Below, piece by piece: positions 1 through 9,103 of a stretch of 64,000 nucleotides of DNA. Numbering within the stretch: the stretch's first letter is position 1; each line of letters starts with the position of its first letter. The translations under genes were made by a program, and so were the position numbers. The notes under the pieces were generated by a model, which searched no databases, was not told the origin of the DNA, and was given only the letters and a program-made list of their open reading frames with translations. Origin of the DNA: Mycobacteriales bacterium (GTDB lineage Bacteria; Actinomycetota; Actinomycetes; JAFAQI01); the NCBI GenBank assembly GCA_036268405.1, contig DATAUF010000121.1, forward strand, positions 9,086-73,085, in the 5' to 3' direction.

Positions 1-2
1 GC

Positions 3-857
3 GTCAGTGGTCCGTCGTACCACCTCACCGCGGTCTTCAATGACGCGTCGGGGCTCCCGGTCGGAGGTCATGTCGAGCTGCACGACGTGACGGTCGGGCG
101 GGTGACGTCGCTCACGACGTCCGGCTTCCAGGCCTACGTCCACATGGTCGTCTCCAGCTCGGCACGACTCCCGGTCGGCACCCGCGCGTCCTTGGCCCTC
201 ACCACTCCGCTCGGCGAGGAGTACGTCAACCTCATGCCGCCCACCGGCGCGGCTGATGCCGGCTATCTGAGATCCGGTGCGACGATCCCCGCGGACGCGA
301 CCAACCGCGCACCCGATGTCGAGGATCTGCTCTCCGCGTTCTCGGCGATCCTGAACGGCGGCGGCGTCGGTCAGATCTCGACCATCGTCAGCCAGCTGGA
401 CACCGCGTTGCAGGGACGAGCGAAGACGGGTCGATCGCTCATTGCCCGGCTCAACGAGGTGTTGTCACAGCTCGATGCGCACACGGGCGAGATCGACCAC
501 ACGCTGACCGCCGTCGCGAACCTGTCGAAGGAGCTTGCGGCACAACATCAGCTGCTGGTGCAGGGGCTGACGGAGCTTCGTCCTGGCATCGCCGACCTGC
601 AAGCGGACACCGCCGGGTTCACGAAGCTGCTGACCCGGATCTCAGTGCTCGGCCGGACGGCGACGCAGGTGCTGGACTCGGTGCAGGGCACCCTGCTCAC
701 CGATCTCGACGACCTGGCGCCGACGCTGGACACGTTGGTCTCGCTGCGTGGCCGCCTCGGCTCGACCTTGCGAGGACTGCGGCGGTTCGCGTTGCTTCTC
801 GACCGGGCGGTGCCGGGCGACTACCTCAACCTTCGCGGAAACGTCGTGGTGCCATGA
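3..857 (+). CDS. Mce family protein (MlaD-domain subunit), 5'-truncated by the window edge
   Basis: Frame is open from nt 3 (VSGPSYHLTAVFNDASGLPVGGHVELHDVTVGRVTSL...), the classic Mce/MlaD core. The ORF track shows only the part from an internal start at 87. Its stop overlaps the next mce start (ATGA at 854-857). Confidence 0.8.
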   Translation, partial: VSGPSYHLTAVFNDASGLPVGGHVELHDVTVGRVTSLTTSGFQAYVHMVVSSSARLPVGTRASLALTTPLGEEYVNLMPPTGAADAGYLRSGATIPADATNRAPDVEDLLSAFSAILNGGGVGQISTIVSQLDTALQGRAKTGRSLIARLNEVLSQLDAHTGEIDHTLTAVANLSKELAAQHQLLVQGLTELRPGIADLQADTAGFTKLLTRISVLGRTATQVLDSVQGTLLTDLDDLAPTLDTLVSLRGRLGSTLRGLRRFALLLDRAVPGDYLNLRGNVVVP

Positions 858-2053
858 GGTTCTTCTCGTGGGGCGGCGACGCGCCGCGCCGGTCGCTGCC
901 AGTCGGCAGGCTTGCGTTGTTCGCCGCCGTGGGTGCCCTCAGCCTCGGCTACGTGGTCTTCAGTGTCATCGGGCAGAAGGCGCTCGAAGGCAGCTACCGG
1001 GTCGTGGTCGACATGCCGGTGACCGGCGGGCTGTTCCCCGGGAGTCAGGTCACCTATCGGGGGGTCCCGGTCGGGATCGTCTCCTCCATCGACATCACGG
1101 CGACCGGCGTCGCCGCGAATCTCGAGATCCACGACTCGGTCCACGTGCCCACCGCTACCAAGGCGGTGGTGGCGGACCGGTCGCCGGCGGGGGAGCAGTA
1201 CCTCGACATCGAGCCGACCGGTGCGGGGCCGCCGTACCTCACTGACGGCTCGGTCATCCCGGTGAAGGACACTGTGCAGCCGCCATCGCTGGCCGGGCTG
1301 CTCAACAGCATTGCGGCGTTCTCGGGCTCGGTGGACCTGACCCAGCTGCGGACTGTCGTCAACGAGCTGGACACCGCGTTCGCGGGGACCGGGCCCGCGT
1401 TGGGTGAGATCCTCGACCATGGGGCGCAGCTCATCGCGTCCTTGGCGCGAATCGAGCCGCAGACCATCGACCTGCTGCGCAACGCGGGCACCCTGCTCGA
1501 CACCCAAGCGGCACATGACGGCGACCTCCGCACCTTCGCCGGGTCGCTGCGCCGGCTGTCCGACACCATCCGTGCCGACGATCCGAAGACCGCGGCGCTG
1601 ATCGAGTCAGCGTTGGAGACCACGCGTCAGGTCGGGCCGATCCTTCTCAACGACTCGCACGACATCGGCGTGCTGCTCACCAATCTGGTCACGACCGGCC
1701 GAATCGCAGTCGCGCGGCTCCCGGGACTGAAGGCGCTGCTGATCTCGTTGCCGGATGGGCTCTACGCACTCGCCTCTGCCGTGCACGGCGGTCATGTGAG
1801 CTTCAAGCTGTCGGACCAGCCGGGGACGTTCTGCAGCTATCCCGGCACTCGCAGGCGCGCGCCGTTCAACCCGCACAAGGGGGCGGCGATCACGAACGGC
1901 TACTGTCTGCACCCGCTGCCGATCCAGGATCAACGCGGCGCGGTCTACGAGCCGCGCCCACCCGGCGACGACACGGCCGGACCGCCCGCGAAGGGCGGGA
2001 AGGCCTCGACCGCGCAGTCTTGGACCGGGATGTACACGACGGGAGCACGATGA
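854..2053 (+). CDS. Mce family protein (last Mce subunit, MceF-like)
   Basis: N-terminal TM (LALFAAVGALSLGYVVFSVI), then an MlaD core (YRVVVDMPVTGGLFPGSQVTYRGVPVGIVSSIDI...DRSPAGEQYLDIEP) and a Pro-rich C-terminus. Translationally coupled to the upstream mce gene. Confidence 0.8.
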   Translation: MRFFSWGGDAPRRSLPVGRLALFAAVGALSLGYVVFSVIGQKALEGSYRVVVDMPVTGGLFPGSQVTYRGVPVGIVSSIDITATGVAANLEIHDSVHVPTATKAVVADRSPAGEQYLDIEPTGAGPPYLTDGSVIPVKDTVQPPSLAGLLNSIAAFSGSVDLTQLRTVVNELDTAFAGTGPALGEILDHGAQLIASLARIEPQTIDLLRNAGTLLDTQAAHDGDLRTFAGSLRRLSDTIRADDPKTAALIESALETTRQVGPILLNDSHDIGVLLTNLVTTGRIAVARLPGLKALLISLPDGLYALASAVHGGHVSFKLSDQPGTFCSYPGTRRRAPFNPHKGAAITNGYCLHPLPIQDQRGAVYEPRPPGDDTAGPPAKGGKASTAQSWTGMYTTGAR

Positions 2054-2589
2054 GCGAGGCAGGCCGGTCGGTCACGTTGCGGCTTCCGACGATGCGCGGC
2101 GTCACGCCGCTGATCGGGTTGCTGGCCGCGGTCGCCGTGATTGCCGGCTCGGTCGTGGCAGGGGTGAGAACGAGCCACCTCGAGTCGAAGAACGACCGGC
2201 TTGCGCACAGCCTGTCGCCCTTCGCGGCCGGTGCGCTCACGGCGGCGCGTGGCTATGCGGTCCGATTCGCGACGTACAGCTATGACCAGCTCGATTCCGA
2301 CTTCGCCGCGACGGAGGCACACGCGGTCGACCCGTTCCTGTCGCAGTACCGCAGCTACACGACGAAGCTGAGCGCCGGAATGGTCCAGCTGAAGTCGAAG
2401 TCCTCAGCGAAGCTGATCAGCGCCGGCCTGGTCTCGCTCAGCTCGACCTCCGCCGTGGCGGATCTCTTCCTCGACCAGACGATTCAGAACACGAAGGCGT
2501 CGAGCGTCGAGCCGCAGCGGATCCGGATGACGATGGTGCGACGCGACAACCGTTGGCTGATCAGCAAGGTCGAGCTCTTCACGACGTAG
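2050..2589 (+). CDS. Mce-associated membrane protein (Mas-like)
   Basis: ATG at 2050 overlaps the mce stop (ATGA). It has a single N-terminal TM (LIGLLAAVAVIAGSVVAGV) and an SnoaL/NTF2-like C-terminal part ending RRDNRWLISKVE, as in Mce-associated proteins that follow mce operons. Confidence 0.6.
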   Translation: MSEAGRSVTLRLPTMRGVTPLIGLLAAVAVIAGSVVAGVRTSHLESKNDRLAHSLSPFAAGALTAARGYAVRFATYSYDQLDSDFAATEAHAVDPFLSQYRSYTTKLSAGMVQLKSKSSAKLISAGLVSLSSTSAVADLFLDQTIQNTKASSVEPQRIRMTMVRRDNRWLISKVELFTT

Positions 2590-3205
2590 TTTCGCCGGTG
2601 AGCTGGCTCGCAACGCCTTTCATCAGCGGCATCAGGTCGATGGTGGAGAACGCGGCCACCTCGTTGACGAGTCGCTCCCGCACATAGCGGGCGATGTGCT
2701 TGCGCATCTCGCGCTCGACGTTGCCGGCTCGCGCCAGCACCCGAGCCTGGACGCCCTTGGGGTGGACGACGACATCGACGTCGCGGTAGGTCGGCGAGTC
2801 CGGCACGATGCAGATCGACAGCGGAGGTGCGAGCGCCACCGTGAACGCGACGCGAATCGTCGCCTCGACATCGAAGTGGTGCCGGGTGCCCGCCACCGTG
2901 ACGTCGACCTCGAGGGCTGCAGGCAGCGACACCTGGTAGGCAAGCGGATCGTGGCCCGTCACTGTCGCGGAGGGCTCGCCGATGTGACCGACCGCGTTCG
3001 CCGTCGCAACCCCGCCCGGCCCGGCGTGCATCGGCCCGACGCGTACGGCCTCTCCGGTGATGCCGTGGATGACCGCGGTGATGCGTTCGGGCGTCACGGC
3101 CTCGTGAACGAACGCCGCGCCGAACTCGGCGTACGACAGCCGCGCCGGGTCCGGCGCAGTAGGCGAGGTGTCCGGCTCGGTGGGTACGTCGGCTGCGCTG
3201 CTCAC
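2579..3205 (-). CDS. Conserved hypothetical protein co-transcribed with a TetR regulator
   Basis: GTG at 3205 overlaps the TetR stop (GTGA). Good coding frame with no motif I recognise. The upstream part of the 261-aa track ORF is Arg/Gly-rich and overlaps the TetR gene, so I trimmed it. Confidence 0.45.
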   Translation of the reverse strand: MSSAADVPTEPDTSPTAPDPARLSYAEFGAAFVHEAVTPERITAVIHGITGEAVRVGPMHAGPGGVATANAVGHIGEPSATVTGHDPLAYQVSLPAALEVDVTVAGTRHHFDVEATIRVAFTVALAPPLSICIVPDSPTYRDVDVVVHPKGVQARVLARAGNVEREMRKHIARYVRERLVNEVAAFSTIDLMPLMKGVASQLTGETTS

Positions 3206-3873
3206 TGCAACCCCTCGAGGAACTGTGCGACCTCTCGGTCGCCGGTCGCAGCAACGGTAAGCGCCGCGTAGAGCTGGCTGAGCAGGAAATCCTCGACCGC
3301 GCGCCGTGGGAGGTCGCGATTGGTCAGCCAGTCCAGCGCCGCCGCCTCGGCTGCGGCGATCCACGACCGCAGGGCGAGCCGGAGCTCGGCGCTGACCTGA
3401 CGTCGTCCCATGCCCTCGACCAGCCGGTCGAACAGTGCTCCGCGGACCTCCTCGACGATCGCGCCGACGGTGCCCGCACGGGCACCCGGATGACCGGACA
3501 GCAGGGCCTGGAAGCCCGTGGCGTGCGCCTCGGCGAACTCGAAGAACAGCCGGATCGCCTCGACCAGTCGCGTCAGCGGGTCGGCGTCGTGAGAGGGGTC
3601 GAGCAGCGCCAGCATCTCGTCCGCGGCAGAGCGCATCGCCGCGACGTAGATCTCGGCCCGGGTGCCGAAGTAGCGGTAGGCCAGCGCGCGGGACACTCCC
3701 GCCCGGGCGGCGACGTCGTCGAGGGTGATCTCGTCGGCGGGACGGTCGCTGAACAGCTCCAGCGCCGCCGCGATCAGCTCCTGCCGGCGGTCCTCGACCG
3801 TCAACCGCCGTCGCGGAGCTGACGGGGTGGCAGGTCGCGCAGTAGTTGACACCGACCCTCCCCGGTAGGCCAT
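3202..3873 (-). CDS. TetR/AcrR family transcriptional regulator
   Basis: N-terminal HTH: RRQELIAAALELFSDRPADEITLDDVAARAGVSRALAYRYFGTRAEIY. Divergent from the EphD-like gene across an AT-rich spacer. Confidence 0.85.
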   Translation of the reverse strand: MAYRGGSVSTTARPATPSAPRRRLTVEDRRQELIAAALELFSDRPADEITLDDVAARAGVSRALAYRYFGTRAEIYVAAMRSAADEMLALLDPSHDADPLTRLVEAIRLFFEFAEAHATGFQALLSGHPGARAGTVGAIVEEVRGALFDRLVEGMGRRQVSAELRLALRSWIAAAEAAALDWLTNRDLPRRAVEDFLLSQLYAALTVAATGDREVAQFLEGLQ

Positions 3874-3921
3874 TATTAGATCGTCAGTCTACTAGCCGGA
3901 TGCGCCGTACGGAGTGATGAC

Positions 3922-5697
3922 GTGGCCACCTTCTTCGTCGAGTCGGGCGGTGTGAAGCTCGCGGTCAACGAGCGCGGGGTGCGCGACGCGCCGACCGTGC
4001 TCTTCGTGCATGGCTATCCCGACACATCAGCGACGTGGAATGCCGTCGCCGACGAGCTGTCCAGCCGCTTCCACGTCGTCGCGTACGACGTGCGTGGCTC
4101 GGGGGACTCGGACCGGCCGCATCGCCGGGCGGCATACCGGCTCGAGGTGCTTGCCGCCGACATCCGCGCTGTCGCTGACGCAGTGTCGCCCCATGCGGCA
4201 GTCCACCTGGTCGGCCACGACTGGGGTTCGGTGCAGTGCTGGGAGGCCGTGACCGACCCGGAGACCCAGAGTCGCTTCGCCTCCTTCACGTCGATCTCGG
4301 GTCCGTCGCTCGACCACGGCGGGTTCTGGACCCGGGACCGGCTCGCGAGCCGCCGGCCCTCCGGTGTATTCGCGGTCCTCGGCCAGGCTCGCCGGTCCTG
4401 GTACATCGCGGTCATGCACGTGCCCGGGCTGGTGCCGCTGATGTGGCGCGCCTTCCTCGGTCGCGCGTTCGCGCCGTCGATCCGGAAGATGGAAGGCATT
4501 CCGCAGCGCGCCGACTGGCCCGCGCCGACGCTGGTCAAGGACGGCGCGCGCGGTGTGCAGATCTATCGCGCCAATGTGCTGTCGCGGATGGGTAAGCCGC
4601 GCGAGCGCTACACCAACGTCCCGATCCAGGTCATCGTCCCGACGGGCGACCGGTACCTCTCACCCTCGATGGTCAGTGACGATGTCGCTCGGTGGTGCGA
4701 CACGGTCTGGGTACGACGAGTGCGCTCGGGTCACTGGCTGCAGCAGAAGTCGCCAGAAGCGCTTGCGCACGCGGTGACCGAAGTCGTCTCCCACGTCGAG
4801 GGCCAGCCCGAGTCGCGGGCGTTGCGCCGGCTGCGCGTCACGGCCGACGAGCCGGCGACACGGAAGGGGCGCAAGGCCAAGAAGGACTTCACCGACCGTT
4901 TGGTCGTGGTCACGGGCGCGGGGAGCGGGATCGGCCGCGAGACCGCCATGGCCTTCTCGCGGCTCGGCGCCGAGGTCGTGATCGCCGAGCTTCAGGAGGC
5001 ATCCGGTGAGCGGACCGCCGCCGAGCTGCGCGCGACGGGAGCCACGGCGCATGCCTACGCCGTGGATGTTTCCGATGTCGCGTCGATGGAGGACTTCGCG
5101 AAGCGGGTCATCGCCGATCACGGGGTGCCCGATGTCGTCGTCAACAACGCCGGCATCGGCATCGCCGGAAGCTTCCTCGACACCAGCGCGGAGGACTGGC
5201 AGCGCATCGTCGACGTCAATCTGCTCGGCGTCGTACACGGCTGCCGGCTGTTCGGCGCCGCGATGGCCGAGCGCCTTGAGGGCGGCTACATCGTCAACGT
5301 CGCCTCGGCTGCGGCGTTCACACCGAGCCGCATGCTCGGCGCGTACTCGACTACCAAGGCCGCGGTGCTGATGTTGAGCGAGTGCCTTGGCGCGGAGCTC
5401 AGGGATTCGGGCATCGGCGTCTCAGCGATCTGCCCCGGCATCGTCAACACTCCGATCACGACTGCTACCCGCTACGTCGGGCTGTCCGAGGACGAGCAGC
5501 GCGAGAAGGCCTCGTCGATCAGCAAGCAGTACGCGCGGCGAAACTACCCGCCGTCCAAGGTTGCTGAAGCGATCGTCAAGGCTGTGCAGCGACGTACCCC
5601 CGTCGTGCCGGTCACGCCCGAGGCGGCCGGCGCGCGGCTGCTGTCCCGAGTCTCGCCGGCAGCGATGCGCCGGTTGGCACGCGTGGAGGTCAAGTGA
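3922..5697 (+). CDS. Bifunctional alpha/beta-hydrolase (epoxide hydrolase-like) + short-chain dehydrogenase fusion, EphD-like
   Basis: N-terminal half: VLFVHGYPDTSATWNAVADEL...VHLVGHDWGS (HGxP oxyanion motif plus a nucleophile elbow with Asp). C-terminal half: VVVTGAGSGIGRETA...NNAGIG...YSTTKAAV (Rossmann TGxxxGxG and the YxxxK SDR triad). Same architecture and length as mycobacterial EphD. Confidence 0.8.
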   Translation: MATFFVESGGVKLAVNERGVRDAPTVLFVHGYPDTSATWNAVADELSSRFHVVAYDVRGSGDSDRPHRRAAYRLEVLAADIRAVADAVSPHAAVHLVGHDWGSVQCWEAVTDPETQSRFASFTSISGPSLDHGGFWTRDRLASRRPSGVFAVLGQARRSWYIAVMHVPGLVPLMWRAFLGRAFAPSIRKMEGIPQRADWPAPTLVKDGARGVQIYRANVLSRMGKPRERYTNVPIQVIVPTGDRYLSPSMVSDDVARWCDTVWVRRVRSGHWLQQKSPEALAHAVTEVVSHVEGQPESRALRRLRVTADEPATRKGRKAKKDFTDRLVVVTGAGSGIGRETAMAFSRLGAEVVIAELQEASGERTAAELRATGATAHAYAVDVSDVASMEDFAKRVIADHGVPDVVVNNAGIGIAGSFLDTSAEDWQRIVDVNLLGVVHGCRLFGAAMAERLEGGYIVNVASAAAFTPSRMLGAYSTTKAAVLMLSECLGAELRDSGIGVSAICPGIVNTPITTATRYVGLSEDEQREKASSISKQYARRNYPPSKVAEAIVKAVQRRTPVVPVTPEAAGARLLSRVSPAAMRRLARVEVK

Positions 5698-6569
5698 CGG
5701 CTGCCGCCATCGACGACCCAGTGCACGAGATCAAGCCGCGCCGGGTTGGGTTCGACTGGGAGCCGACGCCGCTGCGGTGGATCCCGGGGGAGCCGGTCAC
5801 GTCGCACATCATCGACGTGCTGCACCTGTTGCTGCCCGCAGGCGAGCGTTGGTTTGTGCACGTCTACAAGCAGGTGCTGCCGATGATCGACGACGAGCAG
5901 CTGCGTGCCGACGTCAAGGGATTCATGGGTCAGGAAGCCGTGCACTCGCGTGCCCATGCCGCGGTGCTCGACCACTTGCAAGCGAACGGACTCAACCCGG
6001 ATCCGTTCGTTCGACGTATCGACTGGTTGTTCAAGAAGCTGCTCGGCGACGAGTCCATGCGGTTGATCCCTCGCAAGCGCTGGCTGCTCGAGCGGGTTGC
6101 GATCATTGCGGCGATCGAGCATTTCACGGCGGTGCTGGGCGCCTGGATTCTCGACTCTCCGGCGCTGGATGCTGCGGGCGCCGACGCGACGATGCTCGAC
6201 CTGTTGCGCTGGCACGGCGCCGAGGAGGTCGAGCATCGCAGCGTCGCATTCGACGTGTTCCGCGCCGTCAACGGCAACCGGTTCTCGCGGATCCTCAGCA
6301 TGGTTGTGTCCGCCGCGACGATGGCGTACCTGTGGCGGCGCGGGATGCGGTTTCTCTGCGCCGCGGATCCGACGTACGTCGGTCCGGCTCCGAAGTTCAG
6401 GGACTTCTACCGAGCCTCACGGAAGGGCCTGCTGCCGACGCCGCAAATGCTTGCGCTCGCGATCCCGCGCTACTGCCGACACGACTACCACCCGTCGCAG
6501 GAGGCAGACACCCAGGTCGCGTTGGACTACCTGGCAGCCTCGCCGGCCGCGGTCGCTGCAGCTGCGTAG
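5694..6569 (+). CDS. Predicted metal-dependent hydrolase (PF10118-like)
   Basis: GTGA overlap with the EphD-like stop. Motifs FMGQEAVHSRAH and WHGAEEVEHRSVAFDVF. Clear paralog of the gene at 16911-17777 (FTGQETMHGREH / WHALEESEHKAVAFDVY). Confidence 0.6.
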   Translation: MTAAAIDDPVHEIKPRRVGFDWEPTPLRWIPGEPVTSHIIDVLHLLLPAGERWFVHVYKQVLPMIDDEQLRADVKGFMGQEAVHSRAHAAVLDHLQANGLNPDPFVRRIDWLFKKLLGDESMRLIPRKRWLLERVAIIAAIEHFTAVLGAWILDSPALDAAGADATMLDLLRWHGAEEVEHRSVAFDVFRAVNGNRFSRILSMVVSAATMAYLWRRGMRFLCAADPTYVGPAPKFRDFYRASRKGLLPTPQMLALAIPRYCRHDYHPSQEADTQVALDYLAASPAAVAAAA

Positions 6570-7775
6570 CTACCTCTCCTGGCAGAGGACGTTGACATAG
6601 GCCGAGCCATCTGGCTTGACGGTTACCGCCTTGTAGCCGCGGCACACGCCGTGTCCGCCTTCATACTTTGGGCTGCGCCCGGTCAGGGTGTATCTGCCCG
6701 GCGGCACTTCGAGCTCGAAGTTGCCCAGCTGGCCCTCGACAGTCGTGCGGGCGACAACTTGTCCGGCCTTGATGACCATGACAGTGCCGCGCTCCAAGCC
6801 GCGAAGTCCGCTGGCAGTGGGACCGCCGACAGCGCCCAGACTGCCCTCGATGTAGCCCTTGCCTCGCAGGTAGTCGTCGTTGATGAGGTGGCGCATCTGC
6901 CCGGTTGGTTCGAGATCTGGCAGTGACTGGGTGCCGATCATCACGCCGAAGCCGCCGCAGTTGGCGCCTCCTGGGTACGTGACCTGCCAGGTGCGACTAC
7001 CTGAGACGATTGCAATCACGTAACCGAAGGCTGGCCCGGTCCCGCCGATGCAGCCGCCCGACCGGACGGGTGAGGTGTTGAAGGCGCGCACGAATACCTC
7101 CGACTGCTGGGCGTCGAGGGCGACGCTCCTCACCGTCCCGGATGGACGTTCGGTCCGCCGACGCGTGATTGTCACTGTGCTGCGTGAAACCGGGATCGTC
7201 TCCGCGGCGATGCGAATCGGGTGAGGGGCGACCTCGCCGAAGGCGGCGATCACCGTTCGGCCGTTCGCGCCCGACTCCATCTCGACGTAGAGCTCCGAGG
7301 CGTCGACGTACGACGGTGTCGACGTGGGGTCGAAGTGCACGAAGCCACGACCCTGTAGGTCCTCGGCCGACGAGCTCGGCCGGCCGTATCCCGTCAACTT
7401 GAGTCCCGCGACCGCGGACCTCTTGAACGAGCGGTAGACGCTGTCCGGTGAACCGGGTGCGGTCCAGTAACGTGCGCGGACCACCAGGTTGCCGACCCCG
7501 ATCGTTTCGTCGGGATGTTGAAGATTGAGCGGGGGCGCGGTGGTGAGCGGCACTTCACCCACGACCTGGGGCGCCCGACCCGCTAGCGCCGTCGTGTAAG
7601 CGATCGTCGCGCGCTGGCGAGCCGCCACCTGTTCGACGTACGCCTTCGATGTCGGTGTCGGCGCGAAAGCTCGGACGCTGTCGGACGTCGCCGGCGACGA
7701 GCTCGAACTGCAGGCGGCTGTCGATACGAGCGCGGCGCAAGCGGCCACTGCGCCAACGCGGCGGCCGATTCCCAT
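6570..7775 (-). CDS. Secreted lipoprotein, unknown function, C-terminal carboxypeptidase-regulatory-like beta-sandwich
   Basis: Start moved to ATG 7775 (MGIGRRVGAVAACAALVSTAAC, lipobox). The upstream 108 codons of the track ORF run antisense to the DUF2237 gene. C-terminal part: NFELEVPPGRYTLTGRSPKY. Confidence 0.6.
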   Translation of the reverse strand: MGIGRRVGAVAACAALVSTAACSSSSSPATSDSVRAFAPTPTSKAYVEQVAARQRATIAYTTALAGRAPQVVGEVPLTTAPPLNLQHPDETIGVGNLVVRARYWTAPGSPDSVYRSFKRSAVAGLKLTGYGRPSSSAEDLQGRGFVHFDPTSTPSYVDASELYVEMESGANGRTVIAAFGEVAPHPIRIAAETIPVSRSTVTITRRRTERPSGTVRSVALDAQQSEVFVRAFNTSPVRSGGCIGGTGPAFGYVIAIVSGSRTWQVTYPGGANCGGFGVMIGTQSLPDLEPTGQMRHLINDDYLRGKGYIEGSLGAVGGPTASGLRGLERGTVMVIKAGQVVARTTVEGQLGNFELEVPPGRYTLTGRSPKYEGGHGVCRGYKAVTVKPDGSAYVNVLCQER

Positions 7776-7832
7776 GGTGGTTGGACGCCTCCCGGCACTT
7801 GTGGGTTCCTCGCAGCGTGACACGCTCTGGGC

Positions 7833-8225
7833 GTGGAGGGTGAGCTGAACGTTCTCGGGGAGCCGTTGCAGGCTTGCGGGACCGATCCGGTGACCGGCTT
7901 CTACCGCGACGGCTGCTGCAGCTCCGGCCCCGAGGATGTCGGCAGTCACACCATCTGCGCGGTCGTGACGCGTGAGTTCCTCGCCCACCAGGTCTCGGTC
8001 GGCAACGACCTCGTCACCCCGCGCCCGGAGTGGCAGTTCCCCGGGCTCGTTCCCGGTGACCGCTGGTGCGTCGTCGCGGCGCGATGGCTGCAGGCCCACC
8101 TCGACGGGATGGCGGCACCGGTCGTCCTCGCGTCAACTCATGAGCGGGCTCTCGAGATTGTCCCGCTGGAGGTGCTCCAGCAGTACGCCGCAGACGTCCC
8201 CTCCGATCCGAGTGAACTGCTGTGA
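7833..8225 (+). CDS. DUF2237 family protein
   Basis: LNVLGEPLQACGTDPVTGFYRDGCC...HTICAVVTREFL...PGDRWCVVAARW matches the DUF2237 pattern as I remember it. Confidence 0.7.
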   Translation: MEGELNVLGEPLQACGTDPVTGFYRDGCCSSGPEDVGSHTICAVVTREFLAHQVSVGNDLVTPRPEWQFPGLVPGDRWCVVAARWLQAHLDGMAAPVVLASTHERALEIVPLEVLQQYAADVPSDPSELL

Positions 8226-8716
8226 CCGTCACCGACGTGCGCCCCAACCCGACGGTCGCCAAGTTCGTCGACAACATCCGCGTCCTGACCTACCTGAGTG
8301 CCGCGATCTGCATTGCGTCTTCGGTGGTCTTTGCGGTCTTGGTCGGAGACTGCTGGTCGTGGCCGCTGTTCGTGTGGGGCCTCGCCAGCGGCCCGCTTTG
8401 GATTGCCGCAACCTATGGCGTGTATCGGTTCGCCGGGCGACAGGTGCTCGGCGCGACGCCCCCTCCGAGTCGCTTTCAGGCGCTCTATCCCGCATGGTCG
8501 GCGATGGGCATTCCGTTCGGAGTCTTCTCGGCCTCGATCGGATCCCCTGCGCCCGATCTGGGTCTCACGGTCTATGCATTCTTTGCGACGATCCTGCCGC
8601 TCGCATTCGTCCCGCGCCTGCGCCGCAGGCAGGCCGCGCATTCGAAGGCGTCGTCATGTCCGTTCCAGGGAGCCTGCGGGTCTGCCTGCGTCCACCAAGG
8701 GGAGGGTTGTCCATGA
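8222..8716 (+). CDS. Integral membrane protein, unknown function
   Basis: GTGA overlap with the DUF2237 stop. About 4 hydrophobic segments. Its stop overlaps the next start (ATGA). Confidence 0.5.
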   Translation: MTVTDVRPNPTVAKFVDNIRVLTYLSAAICIASSVVFAVLVGDCWSWPLFVWGLASGPLWIAATYGVYRFAGRQVLGATPPPSRFQALYPAWSAMGIPFGVFSASIGSPAPDLGLTVYAFFATILPLAFVPRLRRRQAAHSKASSCPFQGACGSACVHQGEGCP

Positions 8717-9075
8717 AGCCGCTTGCCGTGCACCACGTGTCGATCAACGTGTCCGACGTCGACGAGGCGTTGACCTTCTACGTCGACCGGCTTGGCTTCG
8801 TGCCTCGTACCGATCGTCCCGACTTCGGCTTTCCCGGCGCGTGGCTCGACGCCGGGAACCAGCAGGTTCACCTCATCGAAGGTGGCGCGCCGGCCAACGT
8901 CGGACAGCACTTCGCCGTGCAGGTCGCTGACATCGACGCGTCCATCGAAGAGCTACGCGCGGCCGGGGTCGAGGTGACCGACGCGTTCGAGGTCGCCCCG
9001 GGCATGGCGCGCCAGGCGTTTCTCAGCGACCCGGCCGGAAACGGCATCGAGCTCCACGAAGTCGTCGCGCGCTGA
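8713..9075 (+). CDS. VOC/glyoxalase family protein
   Basis: MKPLAVHHVSINVSDVDEALTFYVDRLGF...HFAVQVADIDASIEELRAAGVEV...FLSDPAGNGIELHE. GGAGGG RBS at 8701. Only the last 120 codons of track ORF 7972-9075 are real. Confidence 0.8.
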   Translation: MKPLAVHHVSINVSDVDEALTFYVDRLGFVPRTDRPDFGFPGAWLDAGNQQVHLIEGGAPANVGQHFAVQVADIDASIEELRAAGVEVTDAFEVAPGMARQAFLSDPAGNGIELHEVVAR

Positions 9076-9103
9076 GCCACGCTGTGCACGCCGAGGAGTG
9101 GGT

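Noticed and set aside
3874-3921. AT-rich spacer (attattagatcgtcagtctactagcc) between the TetR and EphD-like genes, as a possible operator
   Set aside because: It is probably the divergent promoter/operator region, but I found only 4-bp inverted arms (TAGA...TCTA). That is not enough to define a site.
7776-8099. N-terminal 108-codon extension of track ORF 6570-8099
   Set aside because: The extension overlaps the DUF2237 gene antisense and precedes an excellent lipoprotein signal starting at ATG 7775. I trimmed the gene.
7972-8712. 5' two-thirds of track ORF 7972-9075. The same pattern applies to the 5' parts of 39598-40848, 39984-41801, 43138-44370, 31860-32660, 27416-30355 and 14976-16337
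   Set aside because: These are run-on frames. Only the 3' portions, beginning at starts coupled to the upstream stop or preceded by an RBS or signal peptide, show protein-like sequence. The 5' portions overlap better-supported genes in other frames.
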